DNA from: an uncultured Bifidobacteriaceae bacterium
GTDB lineage: Bacteria; Verrucomicrobiota; Verrucomicrobiia; Limisphaerales; UBA11358
Length of the DNA stretch: 63,107 bases
Assembly (NCBI GenBank): GCA_964618545.1
Contig: CAZUBG010000002.1
Coordinates: 8,583 to 71,689 of the forward strand
Direction of reading: 5' to 3'
Each line of letters opens with the position of its first letter. Position 1 is the stretch's first letter. The translations under genes and the position numbers were made by a program. Positions 36,201-45,778 of the stretch are shown here, piece by piece. A model generated the notes under the pieces. It was not told where the DNA came from. It ran no database searches and saw only the letters and a program-made list of their open reading frames with translations.

Positions 36201-38786
36201 GACGGAAAGGAACGAAAACCGGGAATTGCGCTCCAGGGTTTCACGAACCATCAAGCCGGTGCCGATGCCTTCCAAGCCGTTCGTGGTGGCAACGAGTGAT
36301 TTCAGGTGCGCCACCATTTCTCCGTCTCCTTCCATACGGCTGTAGAAATAATGAAAATCATCAGCGTTGGTGGCGTCAACCCCAGCACGGCCGCCGATGT
36401 TTCCCCAACCGGTTACGGCCAGATTCATCGCGTCTCCCTGGCTGTTGCCGGGGGTCGGGGGATTGCCGATTTCCCCGTCCGTCCCGGGAAACAACCTCCC
36501 GCTCAGATGATCGAAATGACCCGTGGCCCGATAGGCGATGATTCCGGCATGGACCGTTTGATTCATCGGGATCTCCACCGGATCACCCACCTGGTTCCAG
36601 TCGGTCCCGTTTGTCGAGACAAACGCCGAGAAGCGGCTGATGGCATCACGGACAACGAGTGGCTGCCCCGGTTGTCCGGCCACAAACCGCGCGGTCAACC
36701 TGACCCGCTGGCCGGCATGCGATGAAACATTGACGGATTCCAAGTCACGCACTGAGATGGCTGGCATCTGCGCCCAATCATCATCGGCCGGCGGTCTTGG
36801 CACAATGTTTCCAATGGAAGGAACCCACAACACCGACGCATGGCGGTCACCGCCCATCGTCAGATATCCTTCACAAAATCCGTGGACGAGGACCCGGGTG
36901 TTCAACCAAGAGTGAAGGTTTGCCTGCTGTGGATTGGCCACACGGACCGTCATCTGGTGTCCATTGTCAACGATCTCCAGCATGGTCCAGTAAACACCGT
37001 CGGTGGTAATCTGGTCAATCACCCCTTCCGCTCTCGCCCACCGAAAGTCGTCCTTGTTTGTCCAGGATTGTTCCAATTGGATGGCCACGGGATCAGGCAA
37101 AGACCGGCCTGTTAGTGGGGTCAGCTTCGCCTGCGTGATGAGCGGCTTCCCGTAGCGGGGAGTGAACGTCTTGATGAATGCCTCCATGCTCACCCGGCTC
37201 GCGACGGTGTTCGTGTCGTTGTGCCATGCCGACATCTCGCTGTGGGTGGCAAATGGATATTTCAGCCAGAATTCGCGCAGAATCCTGCCCCGCTGGGTTG
37301 GTGAACCATCGGCATCGGACGCCACCGGCGAAAGAAATTCCCCGTCAATCACAGCCCTGGGCAATTCCGGCCCCGCCCAGGCAACGGAGAGTGAATCTTC
37401 CCCGACGGGATTCCAATGCGTTGCCTCAATATAATATTTTTTGCCGGCTTCCAGGAATATTCCCACGGACCGTTGTGAAGGCATTTGGTCCCACCCCCGG
37501 TAGGAGGAGTAGTTCATGATATTATTGACCGAGGCGATTTTTCGACCATGCACCGGATCATCATCCGTGGACAACCACAACTCCGACCCGTTGTCGCTCG
37601 CGATCCAAAATGTGTAGTTGCCGGTCCGCGGTGGATGGATAAATCCCCGGACCCGGGCGACATACAACTCACCCAGATTGATCGGCGCCTCGAACGACGT
37701 CAGGTACTGGCGGCCCGAGGGATGATCGGGATAGCTGATCACTTCGGCCGTGGTCTTGCCCTGCAACACCGCGTAGGTTCCAGGCAGAATCGGGTTGCTC
37801 CCCAGGTCAATCGGCACTCGCATCGCTCCGCTCGAATCCTTGAACAGCACTTCGTTCTTGACCGGATCCGCATAGACCACTACGCCCTCGATTTGGGCCT
37901 CCAATCCTTTGAAGGCCTCGGGGCCGTGCAATTCCAAAATCCTCCGCACCGACTGGATCGGCCCGGCGGGGGACAACCCCGTCGTCGTCCGTGCGTTTAT
38001 GCTTGAGGCACAGGTAAAATCCTGAATCAAATTCGAGTTCACGTAACATTCGATCCGCGGGCCGCTCAGGACGACCCGGATGTCATACCAAACGTTGGTA
38101 AGGATGGTCTGTGGAACGCGTGCGCCGGAGGTGGAGGCGCCGTTCACCATTTGTTCAATATAAGACTGGGTGTTCGCCCGGCCGCCAACGTCGAACCAGG
38201 TCCAATTTTGATCGTCGAGCAAGTTGAAGCCGATTAAAAACCCCTCCCTCCCCCCGGTTTTGCGCGCCCGGAGCGTGAGGGTGTAATTGGCCCAATTCGT
38301 GTCGCCGAACGCCGCGCGGCAGTTGGGTTCACGGGCCGATTCCCGAAGCACTCCCTGTGCGGTGTCCCAGATGCCGCCGGCCAGGCGCCAGCCGTTCGTG
38401 CCTTGATTCGCAAAATCGCTCTGGTACAGCACCACCCCATTGCTGGTGACCATGAGGTCTTTGTACTCAACCGCCGTGTTCCACGCGCCAACCCCGATCG
38501 CGCCATGATAGGAGGCCTCGTCCGAAGCAGTCTGCTCAACGGGACTTTCAGACTGGCTTGTGGCCGTGGCCGCCTGAACCCAAATTGCCAGACCAAAGAT
38601 CGAAATCAGGACGAGTCTTTGGAAAAATCGGATGCTCCATGCTTTGGCCGGGGCCAGACGGGTTGCCGACCCCTTGAGAAAGCCGGTTGACGGCTCCTTA
38701 AAGGCGGCCACCGTCTTTCGGAAGCCCAAATTCACTGAAAGACGGTCAAACCCGGCGCTCAGTTTTTCGGGACCGGCAAAATGCAC
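33267..38786 (-). CDS. Giant membrane sensor histidine kinase (DUF1080-like lectin, PA14, repeated OB-like domains, TM, PAS, HisKA-like, HATPase_c)
   Basis: TLTLRARKTGGREGF (DUF1080-like); YTFWIASDNGSELWLS...LEAGKKYYIE (PA14); TM WWNWRRFLWVGG...; PAS LDNASDYIYFKD; H-box VLHNVGNVL; QILVNLISNA, DNGVG, GHGYGL. Start codon uncertain. Confidence 0.9.
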   Translation of the reverse strand: MHFAGPEKLSAGFDRLSVNLGFRKTVAAFKEPSTGFLKGSATRLAPAKAWSIRFFQRLVLISIFGLAIWVQAATATSQSESPVEQTASDEASYHGAIGVGAWNTAVEYKDLMVTSNGVVLYQSDFANQGTNGWRLAGGIWDTAQGVLRESAREPNCRAAFGDTNWANYTLTLRARKTGGREGFLIGFNLLDDQNWTWFDVGGRANTQSYIEQMVNGASTSGARVPQTILTNVWYDIRVVLSGPRIECYVNSNLIQDFTCASSINARTTTGLSPAGPIQSVRRILELHGPEAFKGLEAQIEGVVVYADPVKNEVLFKDSSGAMRVPIDLGSNPILPGTYAVLQGKTTAEVISYPDHPSGRQYLTSFEAPINLGELYVARVRGFIHPPRTGNYTFWIASDNGSELWLSTDDDPVHGRKIASVNNIMNYSSYRGWDQMPSQRSVGIFLEAGKKYYIEATHWNPVGEDSLSVAWAGPELPRAVIDGEFLSPVASDADGSPTQRGRILREFWLKYPFATHSEMSAWHNDTNTVASRVSMEAFIKTFTPRYGKPLITQAKLTPLTGRSLPDPVAIQLEQSWTNKDDFRWARAEGVIDQITTDGVYWTMLEIVDNGHQMTVRVANPQQANLHSWLNTRVLVHGFCEGYLTMGGDRHASVLWVPSIGNIVPRPPADDDWAQMPAISVRDLESVNVSSHAGQRVRLTARFVAGQPGQPLVVRDAISRFSAFVSTNGTDWNQVGDPVEIPMNQTVHAGIIAYRATGHFDHLSGRLFPGTDGEIGNPPTPGNSQGDAMNLAVTGWGNIGGRAGVDATNADDFHYFYSRMEGDGEMVAHLKSLVATTNGLEGIGTGLMVRETLERNSRFSFLSVGPGGDLDFRVRRGKSNAIESFPHGGKPPVWLKLTRQSAPPIKVYGAGTTVFEPDQAIEVTGVLERTNDGWVLNQAFCRAAEAETPGTNSASEAHPQREINSVRRIRQLGVDRLKQMPPARIRGVVTVKAGDLYVQDDTGGIRIPSSAAQQFADCHPGQQVVISGRCAFSGTSPVIEPGPQSDSVTVLGMGVMPKPFPRNWSQLMTGQQDAQWVEVKGVVHKLDGRTLKLQMPGGDLLADLGFAIKAEQARALADCTVRIRGVCQVTANGKEQQAGVRLIVPAAEYIIVDEASPADPFGVPPQPISQILQPSDQYELIHRVKIGGVVTCVRRGACFVEDATGGIEVRNDGLFQEGNQVEVLGFASSDGFAGTLNDALVRKTGTDEMPRPTQLQSGSLPQTVNASRLISMTAVFLGHSELLDNEVLQLQTGGRVFQAILPKDRGALPDLEPESVLRVTGVCRIVKDHAGNYSSSNPDFELLLSSVAGVHVLQSPSWWNWRRFLWVGGTFLVVLGVAVTWVAMILRQNRLLEHAQLELQKANEELEVRVQRRTADLARANAELTREQALLRTLLDNASDYIYFKDAGSRFIRCSLSLCVRSALSHEQIVGKTNFEIYHGEYARSAFEDEQEIIRTGKPLIGKLEKEVHADGRVTWVTTNKMPWRNAEGKIIGTFGISMDITSIKEAEAKLEKVHRQLVDASRKAGQAEVASSVLHNVGNVLNSITVSAGVIMERVRASKVSAGMTKLVALLDEHQHELIKFLSEDGRTDTIPAYLKAIAQQMQAEQATMLDEVYSLSRNINHIKEVVAMQQNYGHVSGVLEKQSIPALVEDALRMHITSLERHDTRVVRRFEPAPDIMVDKHKVLQILVNLISNAKQAVCESAEEEKVITVGISLSGDKKVCVSVADNGVGISPENLQRIFRQGFTTRKDGHGYGLHSSILAARESGGNLLVQSDGPGKGSVFTLELPCLSEGETPASIP

Positions 38787-39054
38787 AAATGCTTATCGGC
38801 AATTCTGGCGGTTTCTTTAGAAGAATCTGAAACCGTGTTGCGGGGTTGAAAACCTGACGGCATTCGAGTCCAAACCGATGAACCAAAGGCGGTTTATCGT
38901 GATCCAGCAGGTGGTGTTCCTCATGCGCCGCGCGGAACCCGACATCCGCCAACCTGAGCGCAGTTCCGCCGCTGTTTCCAGTTCTTTTTCCGATTTCCCC
39001 CTGCGCTCGAATCTTGACGGCGGCCCGGAATAGGCTTTACTTCCCGGCAGTCAT

Positions 39055-40566
39055 ATGAAGATCAGCATTAAGGGATTGATGGTCTCCAGCAGGGTGGCCT
39101 TTGGCACCAGCGGCGCCCGCGGTCTCGCCACCGCCATGACCGACGCCGTCTGTTATGCCTACACCCTGGGATTCCTCCAATACCTCGAATCCATCGGCGA
39201 ACTCAAGCGCGCCGGCGAACGCGTCGCCGTGGGCGGTGATTTCCGCCCCAGCACCGACCGCGTCATGGCCGCCGTCATGCAGGCCGCCGCTGATCTGGGC
39301 TACACCCCCGTCAATTGCGGCAAAACGCCGTCCCCCGCCGTCGCCCTCTTTGGCCTCACGCATAAAATCCCCGCCATCATGGTCACCGGCAGTCATATTC
39401 CCGACGACCGCAACGGCATCAAATTCAACAAATGCGCCGGGGAAGTCCTGAAATCCGATGAATCCGGCATCGCCGACCAAACCGTGATCCTGCCCGAAGA
39501 CCGGTTTGACGCGAAGGGATTTTTCACCACCCCATCCGAACCCCGGGAGGTTTCCCCGGCGGCTGAGCAGGCCTATGTCAGCCGCTATTTGAACGCCTTC
39601 CCGCCCGGCGCCTTGAAAGGCTTCCGCTTGGGCGTTTATCAACATTCCGCCGTGGGCCGCGATGTCCTGGTCAAAATTCTGTCCGGCCTGGGCGCACAGG
39701 TCACCCCCCTCGGCCGTTCGGAAAAATTCATCCCCGTGGATACCGAGGCCATCCGCCCGGAGGACGTGGCGCTGGCCCGCCAATGGGCCGCTGAACAACC
39801 TCTGGACGCCATCCTTTCCGCCGACGGCGACAGCGACCGCCCGCTCGTCAGCGATGAACACGGCCAATGGTTGCGCGGCGATGTGGCCGGCATCCTGTGC
39901 GCCGAATTCCTTGGCGCTGATTCCGTGAGCACCCCCGTCAGTTGCAACACCGCCGTGGAAAAATGCGGCTGGTTCCGCGAAGTCCGCCGCACCCGCATCG
40001 GCTCCCCCTACGTCATCGTCTCCCTGCAGCAGGCGACCGCCGAGGGCGCGCAATGCGTGGTGGGTTATGAAGCCAATGGCGGCTTCCTTTTGAATTCCAA
40101 CCTCACCCTGGAAGGCAAACCCCTCGCCGCCCTGCCCACCCGCGACGCCGTCATTGTCATCCTCGGCATCCTGCTCCTCGCCCGGCGCGGTGGCAAGACC
40201 GTCTCCCAACTCGCCGCCGTCCTCCCCGCGCGCTTCACCGCCAGCGACCGGATCAGGGATTTCCCCACCGAAAACAGCAACGCCATTCTGGCCCGGTTCA
40301 ATACCGGCAATTCCGCCGCCGACCTCTTCGCCGTGGAAAGCGTCTTTGGCGGCATCGCCGGCGCCGTGGCCTCCCTGGACCGCACCGACGGCCTGCGCTG
40401 CACCTTCACCAACGACGAAGTGATTCATTTGCGCCCCTCCGGCAACGCGCCCGAACTGCGCTGTTACACGGAGGCGGCCTCCGATGAACGCGCCCGCCGC
40501 CTGAATGCCGCCGTGCTCGTCCTCCTTCGGAAAACAAGCTGGAGTGCTAGACCTTCAGCAGTTTGA
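39055..40566 (+). CDS. manB: Phosphomannomutase
   Basis: FGTSGARG, TGSHIP (catalytic Ser), DGDSDR metal loop, GYEANGG, RPSGNAPE. Confidence 0.88.
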   Translation: MKISIKGLMVSSRVAFGTSGARGLATAMTDAVCYAYTLGFLQYLESIGELKRAGERVAVGGDFRPSTDRVMAAVMQAAADLGYTPVNCGKTPSPAVALFGLTHKIPAIMVTGSHIPDDRNGIKFNKCAGEVLKSDESGIADQTVILPEDRFDAKGFFTTPSEPREVSPAAEQAYVSRYLNAFPPGALKGFRLGVYQHSAVGRDVLVKILSGLGAQVTPLGRSEKFIPVDTEAIRPEDVALARQWAAEQPLDAILSADGDSDRPLVSDEHGQWLRGDVAGILCAEFLGADSVSTPVSCNTAVEKCGWFREVRRTRIGSPYVIVSLQQATAEGAQCVVGYEANGGFLLNSNLTLEGKPLAALPTRDAVIVILGILLLARRGGKTVSQLAAVLPARFTASDRIRDFPTENSNAILARFNTGNSAADLFAVESVFGGIAGAVASLDRTDGLRCTFTNDEVIHLRPSGNAPELRCYTEAASDERARRLNAAVLVLLRKTSWSARPSAV

Positions 40567-42022
40567 ATTGCTCGTCTTCCCTGGCCGCGGCTTCGCCCAG
40601 GGTCTGGGTCTGGCGGCGCCGCCGTTCGATGATGCCCTTGTCGAGCTTCGAATCGTACGGTACGGGATATTTGCCGTCGTAACAGGCCAGACAAAACGCG
40701 GATTGCTGCTGGCCGGTGGCCCTGACCATGCCTTCGAGCGAGAGATAATGCAGCGAATCGGCGTTGAGATACTGCCGGATTTCATCCACCGTGTTGTTGG
40801 CGGCCATGAGCTTGCTGCGGTCGGGAAAATCAATGCCATAGACGCACGGATGCATGTGCGGCGGGCAGCTCACGGCCACATGCACCTCGGCCGCCCCGGC
40901 CTCCTTGAGCGTTTTCACCCGCGAACGGCAGGTGGTCCCCCGCACGATGGAGTCATCCACAATCACCACGCGTTTGTCCTTCACCAGCGACTCGATCAGG
41001 TTGAGCTTCACGCGCACGTTGAAATCCCGGATGAGCTGGGTGGGGGCCAAAAAGCTGCGGCCCACATAATGGTTGCGGATAAAGGCCATTTCATAGGGGA
41101 TGCGGGATTCCTCGGAATAACCCATGGCCGCGCAAACCCCGCTGTCGGGCACGGGAATGATCAGGTCGGCCTTCACGGCGTGTTCCCGGGCCAGTTGGCG
41201 GCCCATTTCCTTGCGGACCTCGTAAACCGTATGCCCGTTGAGAACGCTGTCCGGCCGGGCGAAGTAGACGTATTCAAAAATGCAAAAGGCGCGCTTGGTG
41301 TGCGCCGGAAACGCCTGGATGCTGGTCAATCCCTGCGCGTTGATGATGACGACCTCGCCCGGTTCAACGTCGCGGACAAATTCCGCGTGAATCAGGTCCA
41401 GGGCGGTGGTCTCGCTGGAGAGCACCCACGCCCCATTGTCAATGCGTCCGATGCACAGCGGACGGAAGCCATGGGGATCGCGCGCGCCGATCAATTCCTT
41501 TTCCGTCATGATGACCAGGGAAAAAGCGCCCTCGATGCGCCGCAGCGTTTGCACGATGGAATTGGCCACCTGCCCCAGGGTCGGCTGGGCCAGCATCATG
41601 ATGATGATTTCGCTGTCCACCGTGGTCTGGAAGACCAGCCCGCGGCTTTCGAGGTCATCCCGCAACTGCGCGGCGTTCGTCAGGTTGCCGTTGTGCGCCA
41701 CGGCGATCTGCCCGCGCATGCAATCCACGGTCAACGGCTGGGCGTTGCGCAGCGAGGACGAGCCGGTGGTCGAGTACCGCGTGTGGCCGATGGCCATCTG
41801 GCCGTGCAGTTCATGGAGCGCCTTGGGATCGAAAATCTGCGGCACCAGGCCCATCCCGTGATTCTTGAAAAACTTCCCCTCGTGACACGTGACGATGCCC
41901 GCGCTTTCCTGTCCCCGGTGTTGCAGGGCATACAGGCCATAGTAAGTCAGTTCGGCCGCGTTCGGATGACCGAAAATGCCGAAGACCCCGCAATAGTGCT
42001 TGGGATAATGTTTGGATTGCAT
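40547..42022 (-). CDS. purF: Amidophosphoribosyltransferase
   Basis: Propeptide then CGVFG, LQHRGQESAG, GHTRYST, HNGNL, PVPDSG, VDDSIVRGTT, 4Fe-4S cysteines. Confidence 0.97.
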   Translation of the reverse strand: MQSKHYPKHYCGVFGIFGHPNAAELTYYGLYALQHRGQESAGIVTCHEGKFFKNHGMGLVPQIFDPKALHELHGQMAIGHTRYSTTGSSSLRNAQPLTVDCMRGQIAVAHNGNLTNAAQLRDDLESRGLVFQTTVDSEIIIMMLAQPTLGQVANSIVQTLRRIEGAFSLVIMTEKELIGARDPHGFRPLCIGRIDNGAWVLSSETTALDLIHAEFVRDVEPGEVVIINAQGLTSIQAFPAHTKRAFCIFEYVYFARPDSVLNGHTVYEVRKEMGRQLAREHAVKADLIIPVPDSGVCAAMGYSEESRIPYEMAFIRNHYVGRSFLAPTQLIRDFNVRVKLNLIESLVKDKRVVIVDDSIVRGTTCRSRVKTLKEAGAAEVHVAVSCPPHMHPCVYGIDFPDRSKLMAANNTVDEIRQYLNADSLHYLSLEGMVRATGQQQSAFCLACYDGKYPVPYDSKLDKGIIERRRRQTQTLGEAAAREDEQFKLLKV

Positions 42023-42066
42023 GTTTGGCCGCTGGTTGCAGCAGTGAATTTGAACAAACGCCGGGG

Positions 42067-42507
42067 TCATGCGCAAGCCGGAACCGTCACTGTCTTGTCG
42101 GACGGCAGATATGTCGCCAGCAGGGCCTCCAGTTCCGGGGGCACCCGCCGGGGTTTTTCCCCCGCACTCGTGCAGGCATGGAACGTTTCCGCCTCCAAAA
42201 TCCGCCGGCCGTCCTGATTCACGATCCGATGCCCGAAATTCACCCGCGCCCCCCGGACCAGCAGGGGCCAGACCTCAATCGCCAGCAAATCGTCGTAGCG
42301 GGCGGGGGATTGGTAGCGCAGGCGCGCCTCGATGACCGGGAAAATGATGTCCTGCGCCTGCCAGAACTCCACCGGGGAGCCCAAGGCGCGAAGAAATTCA
42401 CCCCGCGCCGCCTCAAGAAAATCGAGGTAGCGCGCGTGATAAACATGGTTGCCCACGGTGCATTCCGCGTAGCTGACCCGGTGTGGATGTTGAAACGGAC
42501 CGGCCAT
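42067..42507 (-). CDS. Acyl-CoA thioesterase (4HBT/YbgC-FadM family)
   Basis: RVSYAECTVGNHVYHARYLDFLEAARGE...RYQSPARYDD. Start moved to ATG 42507. Confidence 0.9.
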   Translation of the reverse strand: MAGPFQHPHRVSYAECTVGNHVYHARYLDFLEAARGEFLRALGSPVEFWQAQDIIFPVIEARLRYQSPARYDDLLAIEVWPLLVRGARVNFGHRIVNQDGRRILEAETFHACTSAGEKPRRVPPELEALLATYLPSDKTVTVPACA

Positions 42508-42652
42508 GCCCCAGCCTAACCCCCCGCGCCGAAAGTTCAACGCGAAAAATTCCCGTTTGCAGAAACCGGTTTTGGGGTTATGTTTTCCCGGTAATAAACA
42601 TATCATAGCATATAAGCCTGCCGGTTGTCCGGCGCGAATATCAGGATCTATC

Positions 42653-43066
42653 ATGGCCGTAACCAAAATTAGTTCAACCGTTCATTTCGTTTCCCGTGGT
42701 TCCGGGGTCAGCAGTCACGACGGCGCCGCCAACGGGCGCTGGGTGCCCAACACCGATGTTTATGAAACCGCCAACGGCTTGGTCATCAAGGCCGAACTGG
42801 CCGGCATGAAAAGCGACAGCTTGGAAATCACGATTGACGACAACCGCCTGCGCATTGCGGGCAACCGGCCGGATTTTTGCCGCGAGCATCAGTGTAATTT
42901 TCTGGTGATGGAAATCACCTACGGTCCCTTCGAAGCCGTCCTGGAACTGCCTGCGGGCTATGACTTGAGCCAGGCCCGGGCCATTTACGTCAACGGTTTC
43001 CTCCGGATTGACGTCCCCATCACTCATCAGGTAAAATCCAAAACAACTAAAATTCCCATTCATTGA
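42653..43066 (+). CDS. Hsp20/alpha-crystallin small heat-shock protein
   Basis: PNTDVYET...KAELAGM...YGPFEAVLELP...YVNGFLRIDVP; upstream of lon. Confidence 0.9.
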   Translation: MAVTKISSTVHFVSRGSGVSSHDGAANGRWVPNTDVYETANGLVIKAELAGMKSDSLEITIDDNRLRIAGNRPDFCREHQCNFLVMEITYGPFEAVLELPAGYDLSQARAIYVNGFLRIDVPITHQVKSKTTKIPIH

Positions 43067-43121
43067 TCATTAAGGAGTCCGTGGGGCGTGAACTTTCTCC
43101 GCCCGCCAGCATCTAACGATT

Positions 43122-45527
43122 GTGGAAACGACGATACCAACGGCGGAGACGGAGTTTATCAGCATCCTGGGTGCGGACAAAGCCGAGATGCCGCCGCGCA
43201 TCTCGTCCCGCTCCCTGCCCGACAGCCTCCCGATTCTCGGCCTGTCCGACATCGTCATTTTCCCCGGGGCCGTCGTGCCGCTGCTGGTGGAAACCGGCCC
43301 CAGCCTCAAACTCATTGATGACGTCGTGGCCGGCGACCGCCTCCTGGGCGCCGTGCTGCAATCCAAACCCGAGGTGGCCGAGCCCGCCCCGGAGGATTTG
43401 CACGCCATCGGCTGCGTCTCCCGCCTGTCCAAAATGGTCAAATTCCCCGATGGCACCGTGCGCCTGCTCATCGAGGGGCTGTGGCGCATCCGGGTGAAAA
43501 TTTATTCGCCCCCCGCCCCCTACCTGCGCGCCTCGTATGAATTGCTGCGGGACGAGACCGAGGACTCCGTCGAATTGCAGGCGATGCTGCGGAACGCTCA
43601 CAAGCAGTTTGAGGACATCGCCAAACTCTCCACCGCCCTGTCCGAACAGGTGAAAATCGCCGCCCTCAACACCGAGCATCCCGGCCGCTTCGCGGACCTG
43701 ATCGCCGCCAACCTGAACCTGACGCTGGAGGACCGCCAGAAACTGCTCGAAACCATTTCCGTGCGGGAACGCCTGCAAAAACTGCTCCCCCTGCTCAACC
43801 GCGAACAGGAAGTCCTCACCCTCAGCACCAAAATCCAGAGCGACGTCAATTCCTCCTTTGCCAAAAGCCAGCGTGATTTCTTCCTGCGCGAACAAATGCG
43901 CGCCATCCAGCGCGAACTGGGCGACACCGATCCCAACGCCGGCGAAGTCAAGGCCTTCCGCGAAAAAATCGAGCAGACCCCCATGCCCGCCGAGGCCCGC
44001 CAGACGGCCCAGCAGGAACTCGACCGCCTCCAACAAACCCCGCCCGCCGCCGCTGAATACGGCGTCACCCGCAATTACCTCGATTGGATTGTCAGTCTGC
44101 CCTGGGAAAAATCCACCGAAGACAAACTGGATCTGGACGAGGCCGAAAAAATTTTAAACCGGCAGCATTTTGGCCTGACCAAAATCAAGGACCGCCTGCT
44201 GGAATTCCTGGCCGTCATCAAGCGCCGCAAGGAAATCAAAGGCCCCATTCTCTGCCTCGTCGGACCGCCCGGCGTGGGCAAAACCTCCCTGGGCAAAAGC
44301 GTGGCCGACGCCCTCGGGCGCAAGTTTGCCCGCATCTCCCTGGGCGGCATGCGCGACGAGGCGGAAATCCGCGGACACCGCCGCACTTATGTGGGGGCCA
44401 TGCCCGGCCGCTTTATTCAGACACTGCGCCGCGTGGAGAGCCGCAACCCCGTGATTTTGCTGGATGAAATTGACAAGGTCGGCGCCGATTTCCGGGGCGA
44501 TCCCGCCGCCGCCCTGCTCGAAGTGCTCGACCCCGCGCAGAACCACACCTTCACCGATCATTATCTCGATCTGCCCTTTGATTTGTCCCGCGTCCTCTTT
44601 ATCGCCACCGCCAACTGGCTGGAGCCCATCCACCCGGCGCTGCGGGACCGGTTGGAAGTCATCGAACTGCCCAGCTATACCGAATCGGAAAAGCTCCAGA
44701 TTGCCAGGCGTTTCCTCGTGCCGCGCCAGCTTGAAGAACACGGGCTGACCCGGCGGGAAGTCACCTTTTCGGATGCCGCCCTGCGCAAATTGATCCGGGA
44801 ATACACCCGCGAAGCCGGCGTGCGCCAGCTCGAACGCGAAATCGCCGCCCTGGCCCGCAAATCCGCCCGCAAGCTCACCGGCCAGAACGGTGCCGCCACC
44901 CCCCTGAAACTGGAAGCCGGCGAATTGCAGGGATATCTCGGCTACGCCCCGTTCATTGCCGAAGGGGCGGAAAAGATCACCGAAATCGGCATTGCCACCG
45001 GTCTGGCCTGGACCCCCGTCGGCGGTGACATCCTGTTCATCGAAGCCACGCGCATGCGCGGCCGCGGGCAATTGCTGTTGACCGGCTCGCTGGGCGAGGT
45101 CATGAAGGAAAGCGCCCAGACGGCCGTGAGTTATCTGCGCAGCCATTCCAAAAAACTCGAAATGGATTTGGATGACTACGCGAAATATGATTTCCACATT
45201 CATGTGCCGGCGGGCGCGACGCCCAAGGACGGCCCCAGCGCGGGCGTGGCCATTGTGGCCGCCCTGGCTTCGCTGCTTTCCAAGCGCCGCGTGCGGTCGG
45301 ATGTGGCCATGACCGGCGAGATCAGCCTGCGCGGGCGCGTGTTGCGCGTGGGCGGCATCAAGGAAAAAGTGCTGGCGGCCGCCCGCCACGGCCTCAAACA
45401 GGTGATTTTGCCCGAGCAAAACAAATCCGACTGGCTGGAGGTTCCGCAGGAAGTCCGGGACCGTCTCAAAGTTCATTTTGTCCGCCAAATCGCCGGGATT
45501 TTCCCCCTCGCCCTGGAGGATAATTGA
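43122..45527 (+). CDS. lon: ATP-dependent Lon protease (endopeptidase La)
   Basis: Walker A GPPGVGKT, LLDEIDK, catalytic PKDGPSAG and GGIKEK. Confidence 0.97.
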   Translation: METTIPTAETEFISILGADKAEMPPRISSRSLPDSLPILGLSDIVIFPGAVVPLLVETGPSLKLIDDVVAGDRLLGAVLQSKPEVAEPAPEDLHAIGCVSRLSKMVKFPDGTVRLLIEGLWRIRVKIYSPPAPYLRASYELLRDETEDSVELQAMLRNAHKQFEDIAKLSTALSEQVKIAALNTEHPGRFADLIAANLNLTLEDRQKLLETISVRERLQKLLPLLNREQEVLTLSTKIQSDVNSSFAKSQRDFFLREQMRAIQRELGDTDPNAGEVKAFREKIEQTPMPAEARQTAQQELDRLQQTPPAAAEYGVTRNYLDWIVSLPWEKSTEDKLDLDEAEKILNRQHFGLTKIKDRLLEFLAVIKRRKEIKGPILCLVGPPGVGKTSLGKSVADALGRKFARISLGGMRDEAEIRGHRRTYVGAMPGRFIQTLRRVESRNPVILLDEIDKVGADFRGDPAAALLEVLDPAQNHTFTDHYLDLPFDLSRVLFIATANWLEPIHPALRDRLEVIELPSYTESEKLQIARRFLVPRQLEEHGLTRREVTFSDAALRKLIREYTREAGVRQLEREIAALARKSARKLTGQNGAATPLKLEAGELQGYLGYAPFIAEGAEKITEIGIATGLAWTPVGGDILFIEATRMRGRGQLLLTGSLGEVMKESAQTAVSYLRSHSKKLEMDLDDYAKYDFHIHVPAGATPKDGPSAGVAIVAALASLLSKRRVRSDVAMTGEISLRGRVLRVGGIKEKVLAAARHGLKQVILPEQNKSDWLEVPQEVRDRLKVHFVRQIAGIFPLALEDN

Positions 45528-45570
45528 TGGATTGGGGATTGATTCATCGAACCGCGCGCAGCGTCTTTAA

Positions 45571-45626
45571 GTGGGACAGGCTTCCAGCCTGTCAGTCCTT
45601 GGTGACAGGCTGCAAGCCTGTCCCAC
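45571..45626. repeat. REP-like inverted repeat, copy 2
   Basis: GTGGGACAGGCTTCCAGCCTGTCA-gtccttgg-TGACAGGCTGCAAGCCTGTCCCAC (one mismatch); the loop resembles the reverse complement of the 22666 copy's loop. Confidence 0.9.
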
Positions 45627-45778
45627 TCCCGGCAACCCCGGCCGGACAGTTCAAGTCGCCCATGCCGCCACCTCTCCTTTCAAGGTTCATGGTGAGGGCG
45701 ACCAGCACACTCCACAGCCGTGATCGCCAACGAACGGCTTTGAGATTTGAATTTGGGAATTTCCTTGAGATTTGGTTT

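Noticed and set aside
45524-45778. N-terminal extension of the lipoprotein-sorting ORF
   Set aside because: It translates REP and low-complexity repeat sequence; a signal peptide begins at TTG 45779.
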